A DNA stretch of 64,000 nucleotides from Blasia pusilla (GCA_050084515.1 CM114271.1:3224001-3288000), one strand, 5' to 3'; counted from the stretch's first letter, positions 27,663 through 41,000 are shown. The notes: generated by a model from the sequence alone, not told the origin. Made by a program: numbers and translations.

Positions 27663-30600
27663 ATATATTGTGTGGTACTCGCTCCACCTAAGGATGTCTG
27701 TATCCGGAATGGACAACGCTCCACATGGGCCCTCGTCAAGCCCAAACCTCTGAATGCCGCTTTCCCCAACATGAAGGGGTTGCGCTCCTGAATCCAACCA
27801 GATGCATTGTGGACTAAAAGCTCTATCTCTTGGACTCACCAACTGGAAGACCTCTCCCCGGTTATCCAACAAAATAACACAAGGAGAAGCCATGGCAAGC
27901 TCTATCGCGGGTCTAGTGGGCATCTCCGCCATCCTAGCAATTGCAACCTGCCACGAATGTGACGTGGATGGCCCGAGCATCAGCTCCAAGGGCAAGTCCA
28001 TCACCTCCTCTACAATCACCTTTGAATGTGATGCATGAACTCCAACTCCAAGATCACATAGCGTAGCAGCCAACCGGAAAACCTCGGCGGGGGTACTTTC
28101 CAACGTCATAACATCGAAAGCAGAAAATAAAGGAGCGCGGTACACAATGGTGGACGCCCCCAACAACATACTTGACACATTCCCCTCTTGAGCATCAACA
28201 ATAGGAGTTGTGGCACTCTCTTCTCCCATCGCCAACTCTCCGAGAACTCTTATCAGAACCCGTCGATGGGGTCCTCATTGCCTCGAACAACGTGAAAGAC
28301 TAATGAAGACTGGTCTGTTTCTTGGCTTCCCCCCGCTGTGGATCCAAATCTGCGACTGCTCCACGCGTAACAACTCCAAGGGCCTCCATCTGGGCAACCC
28401 CGCACATCCAACCAGGATCCTCCATATCTATGGCGGCTCCATAAGACATCGATGCCACGGATCCGGCATCGGGTAACCTCAATGCCATAGTAGCAATCTG
28501 CTGCTGTAGCTGATGTATCTGAGCAGCCATCCCAGCCTTACGCTTGGCATCTCCCTCAACGCGTCTAGGTGGGGGAACTTTACCTCCTCCATGAACAACT
28601 CCATCATCCCCTTGGGCGAATCCATCTTCTCGTCTCCCAATGGGACCACCTGGTGCACGGCCTCTAGGCCCACCTAGACCGGCAACTCGCTATGGTGCCC
28701 TCTCTGGCCCTCGATCCAGACGTAACTTATGGTGCAAGCACAAATACTTGGCGTGTGTGTGACCTCTGAAATTAGTCACATTGATAATCTCTTGGTGCAG
28801 CCCCATCTCCTCCTCCATGTTACGGTAACCGACCATGACCCTGACGAAAGCAATGGTGTTGATGATGGGCTCCACCACATGACCAAAACGTAATCGTAGA
28901 CGGTTGCTGCTGAGCCGCATATGAAGGCGCAGGTCTCTGTGGCACGGCCTCCCGATATCCTCCCTTAGCTTGTGGTGTCACAGACCTATCTCGGAATCCA
29001 CGTTGTTGCATTGATGGTGCAGAAAATCGTGACTGCTCTCCTCCGCCATGTTACGCTCAATATTCTCGGCCGTCCTTAAAACATCTCTCAATATAGGGGA
29101 GGTGTTCATAAGAAGTATCCCCTCCTGCACATGTATCCGCAAGGTCCGGTCCAACATCGCGTACCATGACTAGATAGCATGAGCCTCTGTCATCCCCTGA
29201 GTGACGTTAATCAACCGGCGCAAGCGGGTGTAGGCCTCATGCAAACTCTCACCCGGGAGCCTCTGGAAGTCGTGGATGCTCCGCAACTTCTCCGTCCGTA
29301 CCCCCTGGTAGCTCGCCCTCAACTCAGCAAAGAACTCAACCACGAGGTTGAACCTCGGATGAACTCGACTGGACAATGCAACTGCTCCAGTGTGAGTCAC
29401 CCCTCCTACAACATCACTGATGGAGGAACCCTCTCCTAAATCCTCCTCCTTATCAAGAAACGGATCAGTCCATGCCACATAGGGTGGGTCATAGTAGAAT
29501 CGCCATTCCTCAATCTCTTGGGCATATCTGTGGGGGAACTCATGATAATCATCCATGGGTGCCCTCTCTAAATGTTGGAATGTACCGTTCCATGTTGTAA
29601 ACAGGTTGAACTCTCTAGAGTTCCTAGCCCGTTGTGAGTCACACCAACTACTAAAATCCGCAATGAAGTCCTGTAGCTCTATGATGCCTACAGCACCCTA
29701 AGCGGTCATCTACCCCGATCGTCCATCTCGTACGCCCAACTGGTAGGACCACTCAATGTGTGCGGTGGATCACTAGCACACTCTTCTATACTCTCCCCCT
29801 CGTTTGAAGACAACACAAAAGGAGACCGAGGTGGTCTCTCATGTGGAGACTCTGGAAACTTCACACCACTCCGGGCAAACCCTCTAGAGCTACTCTTAGG
29901 TCCACCACCTCGCCTCTCAAAGTCCCAAAAGGACACCGTGATGATCCTCATGCCCCTCTCACACGATCACTTTCAATCTCACGAGTAATCACTCAATCAC
30001 TCAATCCAACAATCGGCTCTCTATCTACACTCTCTCACTTAGACGTGTCTTGTGCGGCAACATGCGGCGTGGTGTGGCAAATCATCGACTGCCCTATCAT
30101 CTCATCGGCAAGACACACCCTCAACTTTGGACATCCCACACATGTCTATGTCCCCTAACCCATACATCAATGATGCTCTCACCATCAGCCCGAAACCCAA
30201 TATCCCCAAATAACTTCCCAATACCCGGAAATCCCTAACGCGTGTAGGGCAAAAGACCAGAATGGGTAATCTGAATGTCTGTGTCGCTCCTCACCAATTG
30301 CAAAACCTCGACCCCAACTCGGTCGTGAAAACAACTCCTCCAAATAGTATGTCGTACTCCCCTGGTACTGACGGTGCTCAAATCTCCTCAATGTGCGGTG
30401 CGGGTCCAGTGGTACGGTACGGCAGTGGCGGCACGGAACGGCACGGCACTCGAGAATGGGGTGCGGCATTGAGTGGCATACCCTCCCCAACAACAAAACA
30501 CACACTCTGCTCCCAAGTGATGGTGCAGCTCCGCGATCAAAAAGTGCGGTGCGGCCACGAGCGGCACCGCGCAGCAATTGGCGACGTGTTGCGGCTACGA

Positions 30601-33600
30601 GCGTCACAGCACGTTATTGGATCGTCGCCGAGTGGCTACAAATCACAACGCAGCAAAGCGGAAAAGAATGGAGACCCCATCGACCCAAAATATCACCTGT
30701 CATTCCTGAGCGGTCAATCCTCAGTCGATCGATGTCCAAACGGCGACTGAAAAATCGGTGGCGGAGCTAATGACAAAAATCAACGGCCGTCAATTACTCA
30801 ACGGAAACTGACAGCTGCAGAACACCGACGGATGTCGGTCGGACGGACCCAGTTGGTAGCAGCGGACGGCGTAGGTGCGTAGCCGGATGGAGCGACGCAC
30901 AGTAGGACAGCGACTCAACCCGCGGCAGACGAGAGGGAGACTTCAGGTTTCGATGGGGTCCCGGCAACGTGACGCCGACAGTCGCGTAGGGCGCGTAAGG
31001 CACATAGGGTCGGCTGGTAGAGCCACCGAAGAAAGACCGCGACGGATGGACGGCACGTGGCACAGAAAGCGGCGAACTATGGCTAGCGGCAACTCCCCCT
31101 AGCATACGACAACGGAGAGGGTCGCAGACCGGGTGTAAGGCGTCGGCTTGACGCAGCCGGTCGCGAGCCGGATCACAGAGACGGCAACTACGTCGAGCGA
31201 CGGCAGCAGGTCAGGGTTGGCCGAAGGCAGGAGCTCCAGACAGTCACGACAAGAACACCAGTTGACGCACATCAATTTTCTGGCACATACGGCGGGCCCG
31301 CGATAGTAGTTGGGTACCGCCGCTACCGCGGTAGTAGCCACGGGACGGCGGCTGGTCGCGACGCACACGACGTGCGAGCAAAGTGGGCGGCTTCGTAGCA
31401 AGGTCGACCAGGAGGCACGGAGCAGGTGGCGACTCCGGCTAGCTCCCCCACGGCTGTGGCAACCTAGCGAGGCTACGGCAGCTTATGAATCCGTGACAGC
31501 AGGCCAGGCCACGGCGGACCGGGCTGAAAGGCGCGTCTGCGGGAGCAGTAGCGATCGGAACGCGTCGGAGAGGCTGACGGCAGAGCCGGGCGGATGTCGT
31601 CCCTCCCCCAAAATTTTGTCTTCTTACTAAAATACCCCCCGGAAAAACTGGGTCGAAACTAAAATTGCTTAACTTGACTCCCCCCCCTCTGACAGATTTA
31701 CAAATTGGATGATTCTCCGCAATCAGTGGGTCAACTCTCCTATTTTATTTTTCACTCAACTTCTACCTCTGAAAACATTTGTCCCTTGTCCTACCCACTG
31801 AGATGACACATAACTTTTTTTCTACCCATCACCAAGGATTTTGGAAATTTCACTCATACCTTGGGACGGTGGCCATGGCAGCCCAACAAAAACTATTGTA
31901 ACTTCACGCTCAGCTCATGAAATTGCGCACCATTTCTTCTCCATGTGCACAACTTCTTGATCTATGACCTCGTTGAAATGGTTTCTCCATTCGACCTTCC
32001 AATAAAAACTGGCAGGAACTGTCGTGCAACTCAACATCTCTTCTCCTACACAAAATTTGGCAGCGCTTCCGTGTTGATTTCTCCCAGCGCAAATCGAAAA
32101 CTTGTGAAAACATAAACCAGCAAGCTACACGATGCTCTCGAGAGCACCGGCATGGGGCAACCCGCCCCCATACTCAATCCCTATCAAAAATTGGGCAGCG
32201 CTTCCGCGCGCCACTCTTCCACACAAAAAATTGGCAACCGCAAAGCACAACCAAAGCCACTCTTGCTCCGGTGAGCACTCCCATGAGTGGCTGAATGGGG
32301 AATACGGTCCCCAACCTCCAACAACAGCGAGTGACCAGCGAGCTCCTCCATTGAACTCTCTCACTCTCTCATTCTCTCTTTGTAAATCAAGTAGATCTCA
32401 CATCACATCACATCTCTCTCAACATCTCACACCACTCTCTCTCATGTCAAACCAAACCCACTCTCCTAATGAGAGGCTTGGGTTACACACACAAGGCAAG
32501 GAGGACCATAGCTCCGCCGCCTCATGCCAAGAGGTTCAAGAAAGAGAGAATGACCTCTCAAAGCTCTCTCTCGTTGAGGTATACCCCCTTCCCTCTCCCA
32601 AGCTCTCTCCTCAGTAACCTATGCTCGCAGGTCACCTCCTTGGCTCTTGACCTGTTGTAGCGGGTCAAGGGCCATTTCCCAAAGTGGAAATTCAACTCTA
32701 CTAAACATGGAAACTTACCCAACATAGTAAGTTTCTCTATATGACTCCAAATGAGCCGAAAGAAAGGGGAAACCTGCTCTCTCAGGTTTTCCGAGACCTC
32801 AGCAGGTCATTCTCGACCTCCTCATCCTGTCCTCCTCTACTCGCAAAGGCGCTCTACCAGATCTCTCTGATCTATCCTAAAAATTTGTGACAACCATCAC
32901 CTTCGCCTCTTCTTCCTCGTATGAATTCTAACCTTCTCGCTTTTCCCTTCTCCATTCTTGTAGATGCAAAGGATCGAAATGAAAAAATTCGCAAGCATAC
33001 ATTGACATTGCACAACCACCTCAATAAAAGGAGAACAAGATGTAATTTCTAAAGGAAATTATACGTATGAAAGGGCTCATAATAAACCCACAAATGTGTA
33101 CGCTTGTGTGTAAGTCCAAAGAGCCATTTATTTTTATACTTATGTTGAATTCATCAAGTTTTCACAAGATAGTTATAAGATACAAAGAATCTAGGGGTTT
33201 ATTTGCAAGTGCTTTGGAAGTGTTTTACAAAGATTTTGTAACTTTGTGATTGCGCTCTAGAAAAGTCAATGTATTTTGCCACCTAGAACTCATAAACTAT
33301 CAAAGCAATTATATGGAAATCATCCAATAAATGTATGGAATTCTCTAATAAGAGGGGTCTAAACCAATGAGAATATAAAAACTTGAAGTTTCTAAAGGAT
33401 GCATGATAGTTGTTCATTTATAAAGAGCCATAAAAGAGAGAATCTTAGAAAGTGGAAAATCTACACCTAGCCTTATCAAAAATAACCTTGCGCCTATTCA
33501 TCCTCAGGCTAGAGGCACAAGAGTTAGACGTGGATTATGATTCAAGAGGGGCTCATACAAAACAAGTCATCTCTAAGGGATTTCGGACCTAAGACCTACA

Positions 33601-34093
33601 CCTCCGCAATGAGCACTCCATCCACTCCCTGAGTCTCCAACGTGATATGAACGGTATTAATAAAATTCTAAATCTGTTATCCAAAATAGAACATATGGCT
33701 TCAGGATTTTGACCTCGGGGTTAACTAACCCAAGGATGAATAGGCCCAAGGAAAAATAATCTTGATCACCATATGGAATTTCTACATATGAATGTAACTT
33801 GAAGTCTTTTTTTTTATATATAAATGGTTCTAAACTAATGCATTGGGTCTAACAAATATTTCCTTGAAGGCTTAATGGGATTTCATAGGTGGTCTTGCAA
33901 ACTCTGTAATTCACAAAAAACTGATTTTAAAAGATTAGGTCGCTCTTTCCTTCTTCATCTTTCCTAATCATGGATTGCTTAAAGATTAGAAGAACAATTA
34001 AATGGCTTTATAAAAGTACATTTGACTTGCTCATGATTGTACACACAGTTTCTCTAAGTCCAAAAACTTAAGTATATGAGAATAGTAGCTGGC

Positions 34094-34461
34094 TGTCATG
34101 ACCATACGAATTATGTCGTAGAGTATAGCGTGCTAATAGAAGCCATACCTTATGTAGGGCCATAGTGTCTAGGTAGAGATGCGGTTTCATACATAGGGTT
34201 GGGGGTTACTCAGTTGAGGGTGACTTTTCCAATAGGGCCCGCTCTTAGGTTGGAGGATATAGTGTGGAGTGCACTCAAAGAACAGTTAGTTCTTTGAGTT
34301 GAGCCTGTTGCGTTGGAAGTTAGCCTTGGTAGTGAGTAGAGCTCTTGGCTATGGTGGTTCTCGTAAGCTTCGACCTGGATTCTCCCATCGTGGAGTGGGT
34401 TTGGCTCGACAGGATGTGATTCTATACGTGTTTTATGACAGTAGGTCTTTCATGGATTTCA
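34094..34461 (+). repeat. Split repeat A1 (368 bp)
   Basis: Colinear with 42986-43353; about 17 mismatches by manual count. Confidence 0.95.
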
Positions 34462-35020
34462 CTCAAAGAACTAGAGTAGATCGATGGTAGCTTCGATTGT
34501 GGATCAGTAGGATATGGTTAGGGCTGATTGTGTACTCAGACGTGGATGTTCGTGGCTTGTGGCCTATGTTGGAGTTGGGAATCTGGTGCATGGTTGGTTG
34601 GTAAAGAATTGCCTTGCTAGAGCTTTCCAACGCGCTTTAGATCACTGGATTTCGTTAAGGGAGTTGGAAGTTGGAGAGCTTGGAGTGAGGAAGCTCTGTT
34701 GAAGTTCATCCAGATCGGGTGAGAGGTTCTTGTTGCTACTTGTATTGTGATCTCATATGAAGCTATATGCTTGAGTGTTTGGAGCATTGTGTATTTCTGC
34801 GTGCATGAATCTGGGTGGAAGCGCTGTCGGATTTGCGATTCCGGAGGTGTATGGACAACAAGTTTGTCTGATTTTAAGCTCGAAGTACAGAGCTCGGTTG
34901 TAGCTGATTTTTTGTGGAGAGATAGCTATGGTGGTCAATTGAATTCTGGTTGAAATAGATTCAATTTTGGTTGAGAATTTGTGGAGTAATTTCTGATCAA
35001 AATTTTGCGGACTAGCTCAA

Positions 35021-35080
35021 GGTCTGGCTATGGTGGACAGCAGATCGGAGGGTCTGGCTATGGTGGACAGCAGATCAGAG
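35021..35080 (+). repeat. 2 x 30 bp tandem repeat in the element's 5' leader
   Basis: GGTCTGGCTATGGTGGACAGCAGATC(G/A)GAG twice. Confidence 0.9.
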
Positions 35081-35807
35081 AGGCTTCGAGGCATCTCGTG
35101 GTAGCTCAGTGCAAGTGGGCGTGAGAGGCGGAGTAAGGATCAAGGATTAAGCAAGAAAGCTTGCTTGCTTGGGCATGAGGCAGGTTTTGCAGGATTTGTG
35201 ATTTGAGTGTTGCATAACTGGTCACCCATCTTTGGGCTATTCTGCCTGGAAGACGCTTAACCGCTGAGTTCTTAACTATGCTAGTGTACACACTGGTGTA
35301 GCTCATTTGGTGTTGTTCGGAGATGTGTTAGGCGCTTTATGCATCTCAGGTTTTTGGTTGATGGATCTCTAGCGCATAGTACGGTGTAGCCTCTCCATGC
35401 AGTTGATATTTTCAGGTGCTGCGAGTCCGACTAGCACGTCATCGACCCGCGGCGGAGTAGTTATTGCGTTAGAATTTTGTAGTGGGTTCTGTGGATTTAA
35501 GGGGCGCCACGTTTGGTGGATTGTGTTACCTTGATTTCCATTTGTGATTAGAGGGTTTTCGTTGGACTTCCTGTGTTTGGATCCCCTCCATCCTTGCTTC
35601 TTGCTTGCGCGCCCATTGTTAGGGTTGACGTTGATTTCCATAGTAGTGTTACTCCTGTGTGCTACCGGTAGTGAGGCTGGAGTGATGACCAGTAGACCGT
35701 GGGAGCTTTCTTGTGGTGATGACACGTTAGGTTGCCTACACCCATAGCTAATAGAGCTAGAATAGTACAGCGACATCGACGTCACTTGGCTACTTAGTGG
35801 TGGTAAT

Positions 35808-38300
35808 TTGGTGGTGGTGCGGCATCGGCGTTGGTCATCACGGAGCTGTCTGGTGGCCTGGTTGGGCCTGGTTGGGGACCGTGATGCGGACAGTGGTGGT
35901 TTTACACGGAGTGGATTGAGGTATCTACTACCTTTTCCACTTCTGACGGTTGATGAAGAGAAGGACGAGGGTGTTCCAAACACCGAGTCTTCTACGTTGG
36001 TATCGAGTGTTGCAGCTCCATTGATTTGGGACATGGACGAGATATATGGGGCCATGAAGGGCCCACGATGATACTCGGATGCAGTGGACACCATTGAGTT
36101 GGAGGACTTCATGCAGGAGTTTGATACGTGATGTGATATGCAGCTGTTGCGGAACGCCACGTTGTTTACACCCTTCTTGGCTAGGAAGGGGTTGTTTCAA
36201 CACTTGGAGGGACCACCCATGGACGATTACCATGAGTTTAGGAAGGACCATGTTGTTGAGATTGAGGCGTGGAGACAATATTGGTCTCCAGGCTATGTGT
36301 CTATCACCCATGGTGGTATTGGTAGTAGTGCTCCTACTATGCCAGCCAGCCCGACGTTGAGTGGTACGAGTACGAGCAGGAGTGGGAGTACCAGTGGAGA
36401 TACCGGTGGGGGTACTAGTGGAGGTACTAGTGCCCCACCATCGTTCAGCCTGCTTGTAGAGTTCTTCAAGAGGTTGAAGAAGAACTATCAGGGAGTGAAG
36501 ACAGAGAAGTTGAGGAGTCTTCAAGAATTTGAGCGAAAGATTGGTAAGAGTCTTCGTGAGGCATACACTTGTATGCGTCGCTTGATTTCACTTACCCAAG
36601 GTGTGACTAAAGCTCAAGAAGTCAAGTTTTGGTATGGGATCTTGGACAGAGAGTTGCGCCGCAGGGTATATGATCTACTCTTATGAGTGATGATTCACCC
36701 ACATTGACCCATGTGTTTGCTCTATCTGAGAAGATTGAGCTTAATATGGTAAAGGGGAGAGTGGTGACATCCGCATTCAGTAGGGATACAACTACTACTT
36801 CTCGTGTTCAGCAGCCCATCTCACATTCTCGTAGTAGTGGTGGTGGTAGTAGTAGTGGGAGTCGTGGGGGTTACACACGACCTCAGTCAGGTCCTAGAGG
36901 GACACTTGCGTAGAGACCATTGCCTTCATTTGCTGCCCCGAGCAAGGACACTCATGTTGGACATGTGGAGCTGATCATGTTAGGAGTTTTTGTCCCCAAG
37001 AGGATGGGAGACGGACTTTGGAGGATGGGCCTCAATCGGCCCCAACTCAGAGTGATCATTGCGGGAGACCAGGTCATCCTCGAGAGCGTTGCTTTGATCT
37101 TCATCCAGAGTTGAGATCAGGCCGCAGCCGTGGTGGAGTAGCTCCGAGAGGCCGAGGTGGTAGAGGTGGTAGAGGTGGACCATTGGTTGGAGAGCCTACG
37201 GTGGCTATCCCTACCACTACGACAGAGTCAGCTATGGCTGCCAGGATTGAGCGATTGGGAGCGGTTGGCTTCTATTGTTGGTATCCAAAGATAGATCAGG
37301 TTCGGGAGCAGCGGCTTCCACCTCTTATGGAGGGATGATCTCTCTTATATGGCGAGTGCAAAGACCGAGGTTGAGGCATCGCAGCGATTTGAGAGGAGCC
37401 ACTCGAGCGTTAGAGCCACCTGGTGCTACTGTGGAGTTGGACCCACAGAGGGGTGAGGTTGGGAGGCAGGCTAGGCTTCCCCAATCATACTTGTTGTCTG
37501 AGGTGCTTAGGACTCCATCCATGGTTCCTACGCAGCCTATTGAGCCGACAGTGGGGACCGAGGCATCTACATCGCGTGTAGTAGACACGGATGCAAAGAT
37601 CAATGCAAAGATTGTGCGGATGGCAACTTTAGTGTTGGGATCCCCATTGTTTTCGGCCACGAAGCTGATGGCTTGAAGAGTTGACTTAGCTCGTGTATTT
37701 CAGCTAGCAGCCACGTTGTGTGAACGTGGGGATGTTACTGCTATACGTGCTGAGGTGGATGAGGGTGTTGCGGTGGAGCGACCCTCTATGTCAGGTGTAG
37801 CATTGAGTACTAGTGCTACTTGGCAGGCAACAGCGGCGAAGATGGATGCATTACCAGCCCGGCCAGCCATTGATCGTGAGAGGCTTACACCTGGTGTATG
37901 TATGTTGGACAACCAGAGTGGGATATTCCGATTGGTGAGTCCTACAGGACATGTGTATAGACCAGATAGAGTCTTGTTAGACTCTAGTGCCTAACCTTTG
38001 ATGTTGGGAAAGGCGGCATGTATTGGTTTGGGTATTCGGAGGTCAGAGCTTGAGCCTTGCCCATTCCAGATTCAAACATCACTTGGAGGAGCCAATGATA
38101 TGTCTCAATTCATGACACGGGAGAAGTTTTCTGTACAGTTGAGACCAGATCATGTGACTGATAGCTCCCGATTGGGAGTACCTACAGTGGTCACATCAGC
38201 CGAGTCATATGATGTACTAGTTTGAGGAGCATTATTGAACCCGATGGGTTTTCAGATGGATTACTGGACTGAGACAACGTCTTATAGACCTGGTAGGCAA
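35808..38300 (+). pseudogene. gag (two knuckle remnants) and aspartic protease of family 1, interrupted
   Basis: Gag-like ORF 36138-36686, knuckles CWTCGADH....C (~36955) and xDHCGRPGHPRERC (~37050), protease VLLDSSA*PLMLG (~37970-38010) and SYDVLV*G. Confidence 0.8.
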
Positions 38301-38699
38301 TCCGGGGATGGACGTATGAGCCAAGTTTATGTGAGATTTGTTTATGGGGCTCGACCAGGAGGGTCTTCCCCAACAGCGTTAGCATCTGTGGCTGGTTTTA
38401 GTGGAGTAGTCACTTGGCCAGGACAATTTTTGGAGGGTAATGTTTCCGCTATGGATTCTCTTGTGCATGAGGAGGTAGAGGAGGTCCCTATTTTTGTAGC
38501 AGTGGCATCCTCATCATTGGATGTGCCACTTTGGAGTTCAGGCGGTGCACTACGGCAGGAGGCTGATCGCCTAGTGCAGGAGGCTTGGTGTGAGGTTGTT
38601 ATATCTCACGAGGAAGAGGAGGCCCCACGGCGGACTCCTACTTCTGGTCCAGTTGGGTTATCTCCTTTGGATACTACACCCATTGTATGGCAGTATCCG

Positions 38700-39640
38700 C
38701 CGAAGGGCATTTGTGTGTTAGATCTCTTTGGTGGGATTAGCATTGGTTTGGCTCTAGTGTTGCAGGCCGGTATTCCTGTGCGGAGATACGTGTATGTGGA
38801 GCAAGATGAGACGGCCCAGAGAGTCTCATCCCGACATATTGGTCAGTTGATGCGGAGATATCCTGAGTTGTTGCCGCCATCAGCTATTCGTGGGTACTAG
38901 CGTGGTTTGCCGTCACACATTGCATTGTTGCGGGCGCAAGACCTTGAGAGGGTCGGTCCTGTGGATTTGGTGATTGCTGGATGGCCATGTCAGGGTCATA
39001 TACGTGTTGGTTGTGGTAAGGGATTACACGACCCTAGGTCTTGATTGTTTTGGGAGATGTTACGGGTGTTACAACATCTTCAGGTTCATCAGGCACGTGT
39101 TCCAACTTACATTCTGGGTGACACTCGGACCCAGATGATGGTGAGTGTTCATGAGGTGCGGTCTTGGATTGGACCAGAGGTGTTGTTGGATGCAGTGCGA
39201 GTTGGCTCACGTGCACATCATCCACGCTTGTGGTGGACAAACTTGTTTCCTAGGGAGGTTCTACGTCGAGCATATGATGTAGTGCAGCGGGATCCTTGCC
39301 TTACAGTGGATAGTATCTTGGATAGTGGGCGACTTTCTCAGGTGGTGAGGGTTATTGATCGGTCACCCATGGCAATGGTGAACCGTGTGGGCCAGCCTAG
39401 GATGGCACTACCCACATTTGTGAGTTTTCCCTCGTCACATGCCTACAAGGAAGGTGGTCTCGGGCTTGTATGGGATTCTCATGTGCGACAGTTGGTGGAG
39501 CCTAACGCTGATGAGAGAGAGCGTGCGATGGGATTTGCTACTGGTGAGACAGTGGTTGCTTCCATTTCTGAAGCTTCACGACGTCATGTGTTGGGTCAGG
39601 CCATGGACCTGAATTGTTTGACTTGGATTTTGAGTCTTGG
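38700..39640 (+). pseudogene. C5 DNA-cytosine methyltransferase domain inside pol
   Basis: One frame read through stops at 38898 and 39042: motif I VLDLFGGI (38715), motif II YVYVE, motif IV DLVIAGWPCQG (PCQ at 38985-38993), motif V DPRS*LFWE, motif VIII LDAVRVGSRAHHPRLWWTN, motif IX ERERAMGF, motif X LGQAMD (39591). Motif VI (ENV) is absent. Confidence 0.9.
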
Positions 39641-39980
39641 TATGGACGAGCAGCGTCGACTTTGGACTATGTCCATGGGTCTTCCACCCCTTGTGATGAG
39701 CTCGATGGCTACCGGGACGGTAGAGGCATCGGCTGGGGGCAAGGATAGTAGTATTTTGCATCCTTGGAGTAAATGGGATGTAATGGCTAGGCATGTGGAG
39801 TTGGTTGCTCATGCTGGTGGAGGAGTTATTTGCTCAGATGATGGTGTAGCTAAGGGTGTACCATCTTGTGAGGGGATTGCGTAGTAGCCAATGGCATCGT
39901 CCTCTCCCTCTAGTGTGCCAGTGGAGGAGACTTAGGAGCCATTACTTGGGCCCAAGCTTACGGGAGGTGAGAAACGACGC

Positions 39981-41000
39981 TTGACACAATTCCTACGTGC
40001 TTATAGGAGTTGTTTTGCCTTGAGCATGAAGGAGTTGGGTGCTTTGGTTGGACCCGGTATACGGATTGATTTGGCTAGTGATATGCCAATCTTTCGTCGT
40101 CCCTACCGATATAGTGATATGGAGAGGGACCTGATTCAGACTAGGACGTTGGACCTTTTGGAGGCTGGATTAGTGGAGTTGTCGCATGGAGAATATGCAC
40201 CTACCGAGTTTCAGAGAGTGATGGACAGCATCCTAGCAGGGTTGGATTTTGTTTGGTGTTACATTGATGATATCTTGGTGTTCAGTAACATGGTGGAGGA
40301 GCATCATATACATTTGCAGATTGTGTTCGAGCGGTTGAAAGCTCATGGTCTACGTTTGCATCCAGGAAAGTGTAAGTTCTTCCATGAGGATGTTGAGTAC
40401 TTGGGTCATGTGATCTATCCAGGTGGTTTGGGAGTTCAGCAAGCAAAGGTGGAGGCTATTGCACTTATTCCGCGTCTGGTAGATGTGAGTAGAGTTTGGG
40501 AATTCATGGGATTGGATTACTACTATCGGAGGTATGTGAAGGGATTTAGTGCTATGGCAAAGCCTTTGAACCAATTGCTAAAATCATATCAAGAGTGGCA
40601 CTCGGGAGATGATCAGGAGAGAGATTTTGTGGAGCTCAAGGCCTAGTTAGTGGCGGCGCCTATCTTGAGGAGACCTATCAAAGGGCGCCCATTTCAGTTA
40701 TACACCGATTGGAGTAGGTTGGGACTTGGAGCGGTGTTGACACAACATGATGATGAGCACATGGAGTTTGTGGTGGCCTATGCAAGTCGTTCGATTAATA
40801 CAACGGAGTTGTGCTACAGTTCATATGAGGGAGAGTGCTTGGCAGTAGTGTGGGTTGTGGCACACTTTAGGTGTTACTTGTTTGGCGCACAGTTTACCCT
40901 TGTTACTGATCACCAGCCGCTCAAGTGGTTGATGGAGTTTGACAAGCTTACAGGGAAGCTTGCACGGTGGGCTCTTATCTTACAGGAGTATGACTTCTAG
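39981..41000 (+). pseudogene. Reverse transcriptase (internally deleted) and RNase H
   Basis: RRPYRYS, PTEFQRVMD, CYIDDILVFS, KCKF, YLGH; RNase H LYTDWS, YSSYEGECLAVVW, TDHQPLKWL. Confidence 0.93.

Larger units (their letters stand above)
23704..32892 (-). mobile_element. Ty3/gypsy-like split-direct-repeat retrotransposon, family 2, internally deleted and interrupted by a copia
   Basis: 5' end TGTCAC at 32892 (-). A1 is ~32892-32383. gag at 29170-29556 is homologous to 36138-36686 (YQGV.TEKLRS..F.R..G.SL.EAY). Protease LDSGAQP at ~27790 resumes beyond the copia at 24289 (YIT..EVAVRIHPGHP) and is then fused to a partial A2 (24227-23831) and B2 (23830-23704, ending CGCACGATA). Flanks ACCG/ACCA. 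Confidence 0.85.

Noticed and set aside
30185-31630. Several GC-rich ORFs on both strands
   Set aside because: They lie in the family-2 leader, show no motifs and have no counterpart in family 1.
35369-36160. 263-aa antisense ORF in the family-1 leader and gag start
   Set aside because: Its slight similarity to family 2 is explained by the sense-strand gag N-terminus (F.RSG); no domain recognised.
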